Shown here one piece after another: positions 1-13,148 of a DNA stretch of 64,000 bases. Each line of letters begins with the position of its first letter. Within the stretch, counting starts at the first letter, position 1. The translations under genes were made by a program, and so were the position numbers. Source of the stretch: Phoronis australis (lineage: Eukaryota; Animalia; Phoronida); NCBI GenBank assembly GCA_002633005.1, contig NMRA01000193.1, positions 493,527 to 557,526 of the forward strand, given 5' to 3'. Below the pieces are notes generated by a model that saw only the letters and a list, made by a program, of their open reading frames with translations, was not told the origin of the DNA and did not search any database.

Positions 1-2467
1 TATCAATTATATAACCATAGGTGGTATGAATAAAAATGCTTTTTTGAGACGGATTTATCGCCACTGTAACTTTAACCATGTCCACAGAGACTTCTTTGAA
101 CGGACACCGAGCGTCTGAACATGCACATACCGCAGCGCCATCTATTAGTATACGATCAGAAAGTTAGTGCGTTCGTCGCTGGACTCTGCCGTTGCCTCCA
201 CTCTATGAACAAAATGAAAAGTTGTGAGCCATTTCATATCATTTCAAAACTGGTATACACGACGACAAAAACTTCATTCTGTCAAATATTTTTGACCCTT
301 TCACTTCCACCTTAGAAGGGAAGCGAAGATACGAAAACGAGTGGCAATAACGCAAACTTTACAGTTGCCACTCCAAAACCTACACTTCCCTGCAAATGTT
401 CAGCACGTGTCAACACTAGATTCTGAAAGCAAATTGCGTACTGAATTAACAAACGTGGTCTAAGTAAAAGTGCTGCCACCCAATCAGATTTTTTGCAATT
501 CTGGGTTGGTTGTGGGCTACCTGAAATCGCAGCAGATATCTCAGTCAACACGCAGCAACGCTAGAATGCTGTAAAATATAGAATTTCTAGGGAGTGTGAT
601 ATGCCGGCCAGTTACTGAAAGAATCTTGAAACTAGCGAAAATGCAAGCTATAGTCTTGCATTGCAAACCGAAGCACATGATCTGACTATTTTTTCTAGAG
701 TGTCTTAGGTCTATCGCAGTTCCCTGGATGCATGTGAAAACTGATCTAAAAGGTCGATTTGATGTTAAGTTATGCAAATGTTATTCACTATTCCTGAAGA
801 TGAGGTTCAAATAAATACCCAGTGGCTGATCTTGCCCCAGGTAGACTCAACAACATAAACCGCTAAAAAAATAAAACAAATTTGTTGCTGAAAGAAATCA
901 ACCAGATGAGAAACAGCTGAGTGCTATTCAATACTTTCTTATTGACCTTTGATGAATTAGTTGGAAAAGGGAAATTTGCTAAAAATTATCACTGCTGGAT
1001 CTTTGTCCTATCTGGACTGCAACGCCCTCTGGCAATCACCATGAGAATTCGTACATTTGACAAAATTGTATTTCCAAATTAAACTGAACCAGTTCTTCCT
1101 TAAATCGATAGCTTCATCAGCTTGCATCCAAAATAACTTTTATATTCTTTCTCCTGAATATGAAATACTACTTTTAAACCGTTAGGAATTCGGTTGTGGT
1201 GACTGTAATTCTAAACAGTCACTCAGGCAGTCTCAACTTTTCAAGCTATTCAACACAAGGAGTGCCTCTTCACATGAGTTGAACATGAGGCCCCATGCCA
1301 CTCCATGCGAGATTAAAGTCAACCTCCACACAAAGCCAGTGTCAACAGCGGCTCATCCATCCCATATAACCCGGATCCTGACTGTTGATTCGCTGTTCAT
1401 GATTGGCCAATCAGTGTCCAGCTGGTTTGAGGTCTACATACAATCGTGAGGCTATGGGATCCATTCCCCACCATTGTGACATATTGTTCCCAAGGCGTTC
1501 AACACAGTTTTGGTGTCAGAAGAGTGATAGGAAGCTTTGTCAGCTGCCAATATCAAAATGAAAATAAATTTAATTTGTTATCAACAAGCGTACAAAAATT
1601 AAATACTAAATGTTAACCTGTGAAACAACGTTGTTACAGTATTGTTGCTGTACTGTTGTTCACAAGTGTTTAGTTTTCAAGTGTTATTCCACTGTTACAC
1701 CTGTAGCAGTGCACCAATCAGAAAACTGGTCGCAGCATTTAATCTACGAGCTCAGACATAACACAACCAATCAAGCTGCATGATTGTAAATATACTTGAA
1801 GCGTGAACCATAATTGGTCAATTTTCGAGTCAAGCTTCAATTACAGAGATTAGAATCAGGCCTAGATTTAAATCATACATTGTCTACAGTGACCCTGGTG
1901 TACAAGTTATCCCATATTGTAGGACGAGAATTATAATTTCGTAGCAACAGCTAATGGTTAGCATCACCACAAAGTTAAATTTATTTGAATTCCATGGTTT
2001 GGGAGAGGGTAATGATGGATTTGCTCCCAAATGTTATCATCATACATACTTAATACACCTATAAGCATCGCCGACAAGGGGTTGAAGACCTACAAGTGTT
2101 TCATCTGAGGCGGGTAATAGAAACTCACATTTCTCCTGACAGGGACATTACTAACAGTGTCTGCTAAAATATATTTAGCTGCAAAACACATCTGATTCAG
2201 CTTCAACTTAAGACGTCTCACTGTAAAAATGGCTAATTGTATAAGCTGTAAATGTGCTTCAGTGTTTTGAGATAACGGTGTGGGGAGATTTTGTACAGTT
2301 CACTTGCCAAGATATCTGTTCAGAAGGAAGATTCTATCAAGCGCTTAAGTCACAAAAGATCTTTAGAGTTGAACATTTTCTCCCACACCCACAATGCATC
2401 TGCTAAGCAACGGCACACTTGACTACTAACGAACAGGGAACAAAATTAGTTCCCAATTTCCATCACT

Positions 2468-2673
2468 TCATCCACTGTCACCTTCCTCTTCATCGTCGCC
2501 AAATGATAATAAACTCGTATTTTTGACCTTTTTTGACGAGCTTTTCTTCTTATCTGTACACGAGTCACTGTCTTTTTTCTTTTTCGTTGACACACTCAGA
2601 TCAGTAGCATCCACCCTTGACCTCTTTACAGGTTTCTTGAACTCAATCTTTGTTCCAGGCAGCGGTGGTGCAT
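2468..2673 (-). CDS. KIAA1143: KIAA1143/DUF4604-like protein, coding exon 3 (stop)
   Basis: ttccag acceptor, phase compatible with exon 2 (G+AT=Asp). Encodes ...KIEFKKPVKR...KKVKNTSLLSFGDDEEEGDSG*, with the LLSF+acidic tail. Spliced CDS is 441 nt = 146 aa + stop. Confidence 0.9.
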
Positions 2674-4239
2674 CTGGAAGCAAAGCAAGGACACATGTAC
2701 CAATGTGATGCAGAACATGGTGCTTTATGTAGCAAACCTCAACTTAAAGTGGCTATGACTCTGTGTTTCATTTAAGAAGCATACTTTTCATTTAGGTCAC
2801 TTACTCCTATTAAATTGTAACTGACCGGTTCCTCACTTCCATGATAATTTCTTGGTTTGCAAAGAACAGACTGTCAGTTATTAATTGAGACCAACCTCAG
2901 CACATAAAAAGACATGCCGTGATAAGCCTGCATGTAGAGATAAGCTTTAAGCAATAGCGAATTGTCATTTTCTGAAACCAGTTTCATTAACCCTAAGTGG
3001 TCTAAATCAGAATTTGTTTGTTGTGATGGACAGCTGAATTATAGACTGGCAGTTCAGAGCACTGAGAAGAGACCAACAACTGGGTACCAACATCTGACCA
3101 AAGCACTTGAAGTGCACTCCAGTGTGTACCGAAATGAATGTCTGTCGGTGTCTTCACTCCGAGTGAGACCCCTGATGACCATCCAAAGATGCCAAAAATG
3201 AGCTAGGTTAGATACTCAAGGTACCGTTCAAAACTGATTTCAAATGAACAGTCTTACGCAATGAACAATGGATGAAAATACCCACTCTGGAAAATGCCTG
3301 CTAGAAAACGAAAAATGATGCTCCAAAATAGGGTTGTCCCAGGTTACACAATGGCACTCGAATCTGGCTGTATTTACCCACAATGCCGTGATATCCATCC
3401 AAGCATTTTTGTAGCTTGGCATTTTGCGCCAATGGGAGTTCCAAATGTTATTTGTTGTCGTCGTATTGTTTACAAGTTATTCTTGGCTGCATTACTCTAT
3501 TTGTTCTTCCAATGCCAACAGTATTACTACTGTGCTGGGAGCTGCAACTCTAACGGGAGAAAGTTGGATGAACTTGACAAATACCTGTGGATGCGTGATG
3601 TTGAGTTCATCACATTCCTGGCATCAATCAAAGACAAGAAAATGCAGAGCGAGACGGTAAAGCAAGTTCGTTGGCTTCATTTTTGAACCAAACAGAATCC
3701 CTCTTCTTAAAGATACTATTCAATTACAGTACATTTTGAACAGTTGAAATTAGGAATATTTCCACAGCCGTGCACCTCAACGGTTACCGACATGACCTGT
3801 GGAAATGTACCTGACATTCCAAAACTGGGTCAACGAAAACAACGCGCATTTGTACCTCCGGGATAAAGGAAAGTTCTATCTAATCCGGGATAGTCCTTTT
3901 GAGCAAACTCAAATATTCGAGGTACCACAAGAGACCACTTGTAAATGAATCAGTACACTACACTGGTCACTTAGGAGGTATGCCCGAAGAAAAAATACCA
4001 GAATGGACAAGAAATAATAATAACAACACTTTCACGTGTTTAACTCAACTCAAAATAACCAAATAAGACAAGGTGTCCATGATGACAAGTTGTTTATACA
4101 GGGCCGGTGTCAATAAACTCAGTTGAATGCGGAGAAGTCACTGCTACTACATGTTGGTTCAGATTCATTTGCCTCATCTAATACGTACTCTGTCCATTTA
4201 TCGATTGCTTGGATTTTCTTCTTGGGAAAGGACATCCGA

Positions 4240-4460
4240 GGTTTATTTCATGAAAAATGACTTACCATTTAAGACAGAAATTTGGTCTTATGCTTGACAA
4301 AACTATTTTTAAAAAAAAATTAAACTGAGTTTAGCAAAATAAGTGAGCACCTGGTATGTTAATAATTACGTGACTAGACCTTCATTTGGCAATTGTGAAG
4401 TGGAAGTGTAAGACAAAAGTTCTGTCTTAAGTCCCAAGTTATTTTTCATGAAACAGATCA
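4240..4460. mobile_element. MITE with ~45-bp imperfect terminal inverted repeats
   Basis: tttcatgaaaaatgacttaccatttaagacagaaatttggtctta at the left is inverted as taagacaaaagttctgtcttaagtcccaagttatttttcatgaaa at the right. Confidence 0.65.
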
Positions 4461-4497
4461 CTAGTAGGGCATCCTGGAACATTCATTCATAATTCAG

Positions 4498-4912
4498 TGG
4501 CCAGTTGCATGAAACAGTTCCAAATAGGGACTTGACTAAGTTCCCTAAGTGTTTTGCGCATTTGTTTTGCTCTTTACCCACAGATGTAATATTTTTTCTA
4601 TCATTTTATCTTTATTATGATCTCCTCTTTAATTAAATGACAGTTTCTAATAATACAACTAAAAACTGAGATCTTAATTCAATCAAAATAATTAGGGACT
4701 TGGACCTTAAACTGTGTTATTTATTTTCAATAACATTGAGAGTTCAATGTAGAATTCACCCTCGATTTGTATCAAAGACAAAAATTGACTTAGTACTGAG
4801 ACTCAAAAAGCATAAGAAAAGACAATACGTGTTTTCACAAGAACACAAATACGCAGTGGATTAAGGGAACTTAGTTAAGTCACTATTTCGAACTGTTTCA
4901 TGCAACTGGGCA
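4498..4912. mobile_element. MITE, PIF/Harbinger-group-like, CAG target-site duplication
   Basis: ~50-bp TIRs (tggccagttgcatgaaacagttc... / ...gaactgtttcatgcaactgggca), flanked by CAG at 4495-4497 and 4913-4915. Confidence 0.8.
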
Positions 4913-6250
4913 CAGGAGGTCTAAACTCATAAGCTGCATTACAGAGCCTGGTGTTGAACACTAACAACGTGTCAGTACTACCAAAGCCGTGCAATCACCT
5001 CCAATTTGACTGAGGAACAATTTAAGGCCAATTTCAAACAGAAGATGGCATTAATCGAAAGTTTGTTGTAGTAGTGGAAAATGGGTTTGTAGCCGCTTTC
5101 AAAGTGTCTTCAGATTTTTACAGAGTTTTCATTAACTTGTTATGTGTACTTTTGAAGTTTAGGAAATTCTCCACGACCTGCCCTTCTTGGCTACACGCCT
5201 TGAAAGTCAGACTGGCATCATCTGTCACTGCCAGCTCTAACCCAAGTTGTCTCAGTTATAAATGTCAAATGACTTCTGGGCATATTGATGATTATGATCA
5301 CTAGAAATTAACAAATGAATGGAACATTTTGATATTTTTATATGCGAATACAAACATGCACAAGCCATGTCAACTGAATATCAATTTGAGAAGAAAATAT
5401 CATTTTACTAAGAAAACTCCACCGCAGGGGGTATACCACGTTTGGTCATATTTCAATAGTGACGATCCCTCGAAATTTCAACCACGTAATGTTTGGTTGT
5501 TGGCCTCCTTTGGTATATCAGAATCACACAGAGGCAGATGTAACTGGAATAATCTGATATAATTTGTGTGTCTTGTCAACTTCTTCAGACAAAGTGAGCT
5601 GTCATTTTTGCACATGTATGCATAATATCTGGGCCATGTCAAGTAATCTTAGAGAACAATGTGCATGACCTGGCTATCTGCAGTTTGATACAACACCTCA
5701 AATCAATTTTGGCTGATACCTTGAATACCTAATCTAGCCCAATTTTTAGCCTCTTTGGATGGTCCTCAGGGGCCACACCCAGAGTGAAGACACTTGCAAA
5801 CGTTCACTTCAGAATCTGTACATACTAGGGTTACACTTGACATGAGCCAGCGGTCAGACATTGGTACTTGGTTGATCTATGCTAAGTGCTCTGGGCTGCT
5901 GGTCATCTTGTTGTAGCTGCTTCAATTACAATAAACAAATTTTCACTTGTTGTAAAACAAGAACAGTTTTTTACAATTTTGAAATGTTTTTTATCTAGGA
6001 AATTCAGGTATTTTGCAAACATTTCCACGAAGGTGTATCTCAAGACTGCCCTCCTTGTGACCAAGGTAATTAGAGTGAAGGTTACAACTTCGGAACATAT
6101 TACATCATATTTCCCGCTCACTGTTTTACTTTCATGTGTTTTTGCCATAGTGACGACAACTTTCATCATGGACATAAATGTACAAGGTACTCACATGTGA
6201 GAAGGCTGATAAAAATTCAGACTCTTTAAATTACAGAAAAAATCAAATAC

Positions 6251-6380
6251 CTTTGATCTGCTTGCTCAGCCTTAATGCTTCGTCTTCACTTAAGTCACCG
6301 TCTCTAAGTACTACGACTTGAGGTTTCTCCTCCTCATTATCAGACCTATCTTCCTCTTTGTCCACAATTAACTCTTTTCT
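6251..6380 (-). CDS. KIAA1143: KIAA1143/DUF4604-like protein, coding exon 2
   Basis: ttttcag acceptor; encodes RKELIVDKEEDRSDNEEEKPQVVVLRDGDLSEDEALRLSKQIK with the E.PQVVVL..GDL motif; GT donor at 6250-6249, phase 1. Confidence 0.9.
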
Positions 6381-8542
6381 CTGAAAAGAAACATAAAATC
6401 TATTGCACAAATATACGTGTACATGTGCAGTAACTTTCAAAGAGTTAACGGAATTTCATCTCTTCAAAAATCGGTGAAACTTTGTAGTAAAAACTTTGGG
6501 TTAATTTTCAAATGATTAAGTGCTACATGTATCTTTTGCCTCATTTCTTTCTGCATTTTTGCCATACCAGTACCTTAGACAAATCGTGACGAATTTCAAG
6601 GAAATCTGTCAACTGTTTATGCTAACAACTGTACTAGTAGTTTCTCCCTAATAAAAGACAAAGTTTGATACCAAGACATGGTTAGCTGATCATAAGCAGT
6701 TATTACTTAATTATTTGATTAATTAGTTAATGAATCAGCTAATTTGTCCATGAAGTGAATCATGCTCAAATTTTTATAGTTCTAAACTCCTATAAGATTT
6801 TTGTAACCTGGCTTTTCTAATGACATGAACTTAGTGGTCACTTAAAGTCACCTGTGGTGACTAAGCTTCGAGCCAGGTGCCAAAATTTCACCAGTTTTCT
6901 GTCGCCTAGCTGGTGACCCAGCTTCATAACTGGCAATAATGTTTTGTTTTCTAAACATTCACAATATTATGTTGACATTTTTAAGTGAAGTAAGTCGATT
7001 ATGCGAACAAGTATTTTCCCTGTAAACACATTTAATATCTTTTTGACAGATGGCGTATCGTTGGAATACTGCAACCATATTTGGGCAAAGTCGGTATCTG
7101 ACTATGTACCCACAAATTCAAAGTCAAATTTGGATAAATGTGGCATTTTCCGGCAGTTACCATATAATTCAAAGTCTTGTGATCAGCCACAGCGAATACA
7201 CATGCTTAGTGAGCGATATCAAGGCTAATTAAAATACATCTGGGTCAATCAAAATTTGAATGATTGCGAGACGAAGTTCACAAATTGTTCAGTACATTCC
7301 ATGGCATTTTGTCGTTGATCAAAACCCTTGAATGGGCGAACACTACAAACACCCAGAATGCAAATTTCACAACTCTGCTCGATCACTTCCAAACTCTTGG
7401 ACAGTGAACGGAATACCGACAACAAGAAATGCATCAATTTTCCAGTAAAATAATAAATTTAGACCTGCACACCACATCATAACAGTCCAAAAATATCAGA
7501 CGGCAGAGACTCTAAGAAAGTTTCTGGTGCAGTCCACACAATAATGATCTGTTGGTGTGTAAAAAAAAATCTCCAACAAAATTGCAATTTCATGAGTTCA
7601 CTGCCATTGATATGGAGTTGCACCTTAGTATGTCGGACTGATGGTCGTACCTAAAATTACGAGCAACTGCACTTTGATGTAGTTAGGGTGCCCAAAAAGA
7701 GAGGCCTTATCAAAAACGACAAGTTTTAGCCATTCGTCAGGCTTGGAGACCTGGGACTAAATGGTTTGAATTTTAAGACATTTCCTCACCTAAGCATCTG
7801 GTTTAGTTGTCAACAAGTTTACGACAAGGTGATGTTATGTTCTGTTATGTTAATCTGATTGATGGTTTCTGAGTAGGAGATGGTAGCAGATGATGATTTT
7901 GGTACCATTGGAAAGAGCGGACAATCTCTTATTTTTTATTTTTGGTGAAATTCTTTGGCAGGAAACTGAAATGTTTGACTGAAAGGGTGACTGACTTTCA
8001 ATTACGTAATGGCGTATTGCCTTCAAGTAGACCTACACACAGGAAGATTGTCATGTTTTAATAAAGAGCTGCTTCCATTATTTGGAAATAAAGATCACAG
8101 TATTTTTGTCACGATGCAGCACTAATCAGAACACATCACTGATTTTATTAGAGTTCTGTTGCAGGAAATGAATTTCTTCGATGAAAGGGCGATTGTCTCT
8201 TGATAACTGACTGCGATCGCAAAGGCAAACCATGATTGAAGCCGCACGCCGAACATGGAAGGCTTTTATGTATTTTGTACTACAGTACTACTATTTTTGA
8301 AAATGAATTTTGCAGCATTGGAAAGACCAGATTAGTATTTCATGAATTCAATGATCTTTTTGTGAACCCTCAGCACAAAAAAATTAAATATTTTTGAAAG
8401 AAGGACTCCGCTCACTGCATGGTTCATGTGAGCTTACTATAAGTGGTACGTGTTCTTTTCATAAACACCCTTGTCTTTATGTTCATTGGAAGCTATATTG
8501 CTTTAAGTACGACCGGTGATCGAGGTTACTGCACAGATTTAA

Positions 8543-8691
8543 AAGGATACTTAACCCTGTTTTGGTGATTTCAACCAATCGCTGTTCTGTCATCTGCTAA
8601 TGGGTTACAAAGAATTGTTTTGTTTCGGAGAACTGGATGGGAAAGTTTTTTCAATATTTGTTAATAGGCCAAAATCGGGTTTGGTATCCTG
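8543..8691. mobile_element. Short Kolobok-like MITE (TTAA/AAGG ends), related to 37996-38318
   Basis: Begins ttaa|aaggatac and ends gtatcct. Both halves match the 37996-38318 element in inverted orientation. Confidence 0.6.
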
Positions 8692-9658
8692 TTCACTATG
8701 TTGAGCGCTCACGTAATTGTCATAACTATCCTTTGAAATTTGTGCCCCTAACATTTAGTTAATGGGCTCTGAAGATTTGAAAGCTAGCGGCCCAGTAGGC
8801 GACTAGCCAGTTTTAGTTAAAGTATATCCCTGTATAGGACACAGGAGTTACCTCCCGTGATACCGGTATATAAAGAGCTTTCACTGTTAACCCGGTTATA
8901 AACCTGCTTTCAATAACAAAAAATAACTTTTGATTCAGACCACTTTCCACTATGAAATTGGTATCAAATTTTCCTCAGTAATTTTCAAGCTCATTTCAGG
9001 GTTTTGAAAAGAACTGACAGATCCTTATTGCTAATGTCCAAGCTCTACAAGTGTCATGGTATGTCATAAGCAAGGTCTCAACGAATAACAAACAGTTAGT
9101 TCTCTGCAAACTCCAAGATCACTTTTTACGAAATTAAAACAAGTGGAGACCAAATTCAAAGCGGCTAGTGGTATAAATCAACAGTTCATTTCTTGAATGA
9201 AACACAGGTTTATAGACACATGATGAAGAGTTATATTAAAGTGACTCTATTAAGCAAATAGATGTGGCTACTTCCCAGATGCTGGCGCGCTAGTCATAGG
9301 TTTTGTGCATTTTAATGCACTGGCGAAGTCAGAGAAGTCATATCGACATATAATTCATTACAATCAGAAAAATTAATCATTAATTACTTCAAAGTTATGA
9401 AGTAATTTTAACTTGTGCTCAAAGCTATTTCGAACTGATGTTCTCACTGCACACACTCACCACCAAGATAAGTCAAACAAGAGACATTTTTTGGAACAAT
9501 TTTTGTCTAAACTTAATACACTTCTGAGTGATTTTTTGCTGAATCTTACACAGTGAGATGGGTGATGCTACATATCAACACAGGCACTCTCATCAGCCAC
9601 TCGCCATTATGTACTGTAATATATAGAAGCTACTTATGAAACGTGTGTATATGCTCAT

Positions 9659-10119
9659 GGAGTTATAATTAACACATGCCATGACTGTGGATACAATTTA
9701 GTCAACAGAACTTAAACATACCAATGAAAATCTGTTGCGGTTCGCTAGAGTTTCTCTGACCGGGTGCCATTTAAGGAAGTTATGTGAAATCACGCCTGTT
9801 GAGGAACAAAAAGTTCAAAATCTTACAAATTTCACCTGTTATTTAAGTGTCATGTGCCAGGTCACACGATTCGCTCAGTCTAGCGCTAGCCTTTGCCTAA
9901 CTCATGTGACTCAGGTGAAATAGTTTGTGGTTATTGAGCGTGCGCCATGAAAAAGTTAACGATGACCAAAAAAGTGGAGTTGGAATTCTTTCCCAAAGTC
10001 ACCTTAAATTGTCGTAGCTATGCTTCATCAAACATATGTGAAGCAAAAAGAATCACTGAAGAAAGTAAGCTTTTTTTAAGTAAGAGTTTTAAGTGTAGAA
10101 TGTATTTTTGAAGAGGTGA
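9659..10119 (+). repeat. Dispersed repeat, internal part of the element at 23631-24374
   Basis: Colinear similarity from ggagttataattaacacat to tgtatttttga.gaggtga with 23756-24240. Confidence 0.85.
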
Positions 10120-11205
10120 GGCTGTCTATATAAAAACCAGTAGATTTTCAAAAATCAATCTATACGTCAAAATTCGAAGCAATTTACTTCATTTTTTGTA
10201 CTTGGATAGGTATCCTAACAAAAATCTAAATGCCACATTTTATGCACTCAATAACCCCTAATTTTGCTGCTGGAGCATTAGACCGCAATAGGTCATATTA
10301 GCCACGTAGACATTGTATGCTTTCAACAATGAAAATAAGTACTTACAAAATAGATTGAAAGTTGTGCTTTAGTGTCTAGAATAACCAATGTATGGTGTGC
10401 ATATTTATTTGGCAATTATTCAAATTTGACACCTTTGTGCTTGACACAGGAGATAATCCACAGACCATTTTTCGTAGCTAAATTTAGTGGCGACTACGTT
10501 TTTGTGACCCTCTTAAAGCCATATTGCACCTTCTAGCTTTATGAAATGTTTTGAACATACAGTTGAGGAGTTACATGTAATCTTGATGATTCAGCCAAAA
10601 ACATCTTGCCTCATCTTTACACTTTAGAGAAAATTGTCATGCAAAACTGTCTATTTTTGAAATGAACAGAGTTTACAGACCATTGGAACGAAAAGTTGAA
10701 CAAGAATTCTGCATTAAATTGAAATAAAAATCAAGTCTAAGCTCTTTCAAACGAAAACGAGTTGTTTTCTGGATGTATTGTGTGATCAGTATCAAAGCTG
10801 AACCTGATGACCTTTGTCCAGTGAATCAGATGATGTTAGGTTTGAGGATATATAAAAAACTTGTACATGTAACTCTCTTGTTTTCTCCCATTAACAGGTT
10901 AATTTAAGCAAACACTCTTTAGAGTTTTTAAGTCGAAACAAATAAAAAAAAGTGCCAGCTTTGTGGCTTTAGTCAGTCATGCTAAAGACACTTCAGAACA
11001 TCCGAGATGTTGTATAGTACCTCATAAATCAAGGCCAGAGCCAGAGGATGAGCTCCTACCAGCCAGAGTAGGTAAATTTGTAAATGAACAGGACCAGTCG
11101 TGTAGTCAAATCATATGCCATGTTCACCGAAGAGAATTTGGTACTGGATTTCACCTAAGCAAGAAGTGTCTGTATCCTGAACAGCTGAAAAGACAGAAGT
11201 CACTC

Positions 11206-11392
11206 CAATGGCATAGCGAGCACCTCCTTGCCCCCCGTTGACAGATCAAGTTGCACCCCCCCCCACCCATCCTGGTCGGGAGCTAGGTAACCTTCCAGTT
11301 AACAGATGCCTGGTGCTCCCTTTGGACAACACCTGTTTGGCACCCCCCATCGACAGTCACCTGATCGCCCCCCCCCGCTATGCCACAGAGGC
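11206..11392. mobile_element. hAT-like MITE with 8-bp TSD
   Basis: Ends caatggcatagcg / cgctatgccacag with a C-rich interior; AGTCACTC duplicated at 11198-11205 and 11393-11400. Confidence 0.6.
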
Positions 11393-13043
11393 AGTCACTC
11401 GGTATGGGCCAGACTGTTACATGTGTCGAACTTTATTGAGCTAATGTCTTTCAAGAACTCAGTCATTAATAAAATTGTCTTTCATGAATTGTTTTCTATT
11501 GACCTTGCCGCACTGTCAGAAATATTCCATATTGGGGTGGGGGGGGTGCAAACGCCAAATTTCTGGGGACGGGTAGAGACTAAAATTTGTAGCAACCTAC
11601 GGGGACATTACAATATGAATGCAAAATTACAATGAATTTTGATCAAGATGATGAATTTTTGCACTGAAATCTGGTGTGTACGTGTATGTGTGTGTATGCC
11701 ATACTTTCATATCTTATCAATATGTGTTTTTTCTCATATTGTCATGTGTTTAGTTTTTCATTACTTTATTGTTCATTATTTTATTATTCATGCTTTTATG
11801 TTATTATTCACAGTCGGCGATATTAGCCTTCGGCTAGTGTTTGTCTGTTTTGTTAAACTGACTATAAATAAAGGGATTGATTGATTGATTACTATATATG
11901 CTAGTAAAATGCATTCAAATGTGTGTACTTCGGCGCCTAATTTTGTTGCTAAACGGAGACACAGGTCATAAAAAGAGAAATAATGGATGAAAATTCTTAA
12001 AAAGCAAGATTTTTCTACACCTCACCAAATCAAACTCATGAGCTATAGTCAATTAATTACCGGACGTTTTGGCACATTTTGCATTATATTTAATTGAAAT
12101 TATTACGGATTGTTGTAAATTCTTTGCTGAAATAAAGATTTACCTTTACGGAATTGTTCTGTTACTATATCTTGTCACCGAAAGCCATATTCATGTTCCG
12201 ATTGATCTTTAAAAAACACAACTAGCAAACCTTCGGAGAACCTAAATATAAAAACCATGTTTCGCCATACGCCACACCACGAAAAACTGACTAACCACGT
12301 AATGGCCACGGGCACATTGTAGCCAAATTTCAGCTCGAGTGTTTTGACATATATGCTGCTAGAACAGAGATCCATTCGCAACAAAATTATCCATAAAATG
12401 ATATCTGATGATGGTGCCAAGTTGTTTCGATGAATCAGTGCAGACGACTAAAGCACGTGCAAAGTCACTGCAGTTTTTAGTATCTCTTTGGCTTCTTGAT
12501 ATGACACCCGCACGTGCGCAGTCGGGGTTTGACTTGAGTTTAAAAGAAAAAAAGGAACAGTGACATATTGTCAGTTCAATGAGATAGTATCATTGCGGAA
12601 AAAGATTTTGTTTTCAACTTTTATAACCGATTTATGTGATCGTCCATTTTAGGCCGACTTAGGGGTCTAAATTGCACCCTGTCTCGGTGAAATCATTTAA
12701 CGAGGCAATGCTGTAAAAAACGAGACGGTGCCAGACATTGAATGCATTAAAGCGGAACAAAAAATGGTTTCATTTAATTCTCAGATTATGCTTCAAGTAA
12801 GATTTTATGAAATGTCCGATATTTAGGGCACGTCCAATAATTAGGTACACTATGTGTAAGTCTCAAAAAATCTGTGATTTTGGGTTACCTGTTTGTTTAC
12901 AGAGTCACTCTTAATCGGTGAGCAGATTTCGCCAACTGCTGCTTAAAATACACGGGAAGAAATTAGTACAGAAAGCCATGGGATGAATTGTAGCTCCTAA
13001 CCAGCCAACAGAGGGGGTACGTGTTGCCTAGTGATATCAGTAC

Positions 13044-13148
13044 CTTTGTGTCGACAGTAGGACCTTCCTTGTAACCGGCTTTTGCTTTAAATTGCTTCAG
13101 AAATGATGGTTCTTCGGGTTTTATGTAGTTTATGCCACGACCGGCCAT
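13044..13148 (-). CDS. KIAA1143: KIAA1143/DUF4604-like protein, coding exon 1
   Basis: Encodes MAGRGINYIKPEEPSFLKQFKAKAGYKEGPTVDTK, matching the recognisable KIAA1143 N-terminus (Y.KP.EP.FL..FK...GY.EGPTV.TK). GT donor at 13043-13042, phase 0. Confidence 0.9.

Noticed and set aside
2950-3686. Possible decayed LINE RT fragment or small genes in KIAA1143 intron 2
   Set aside because: Only a faint KYLG-like trace; too degenerate to support.
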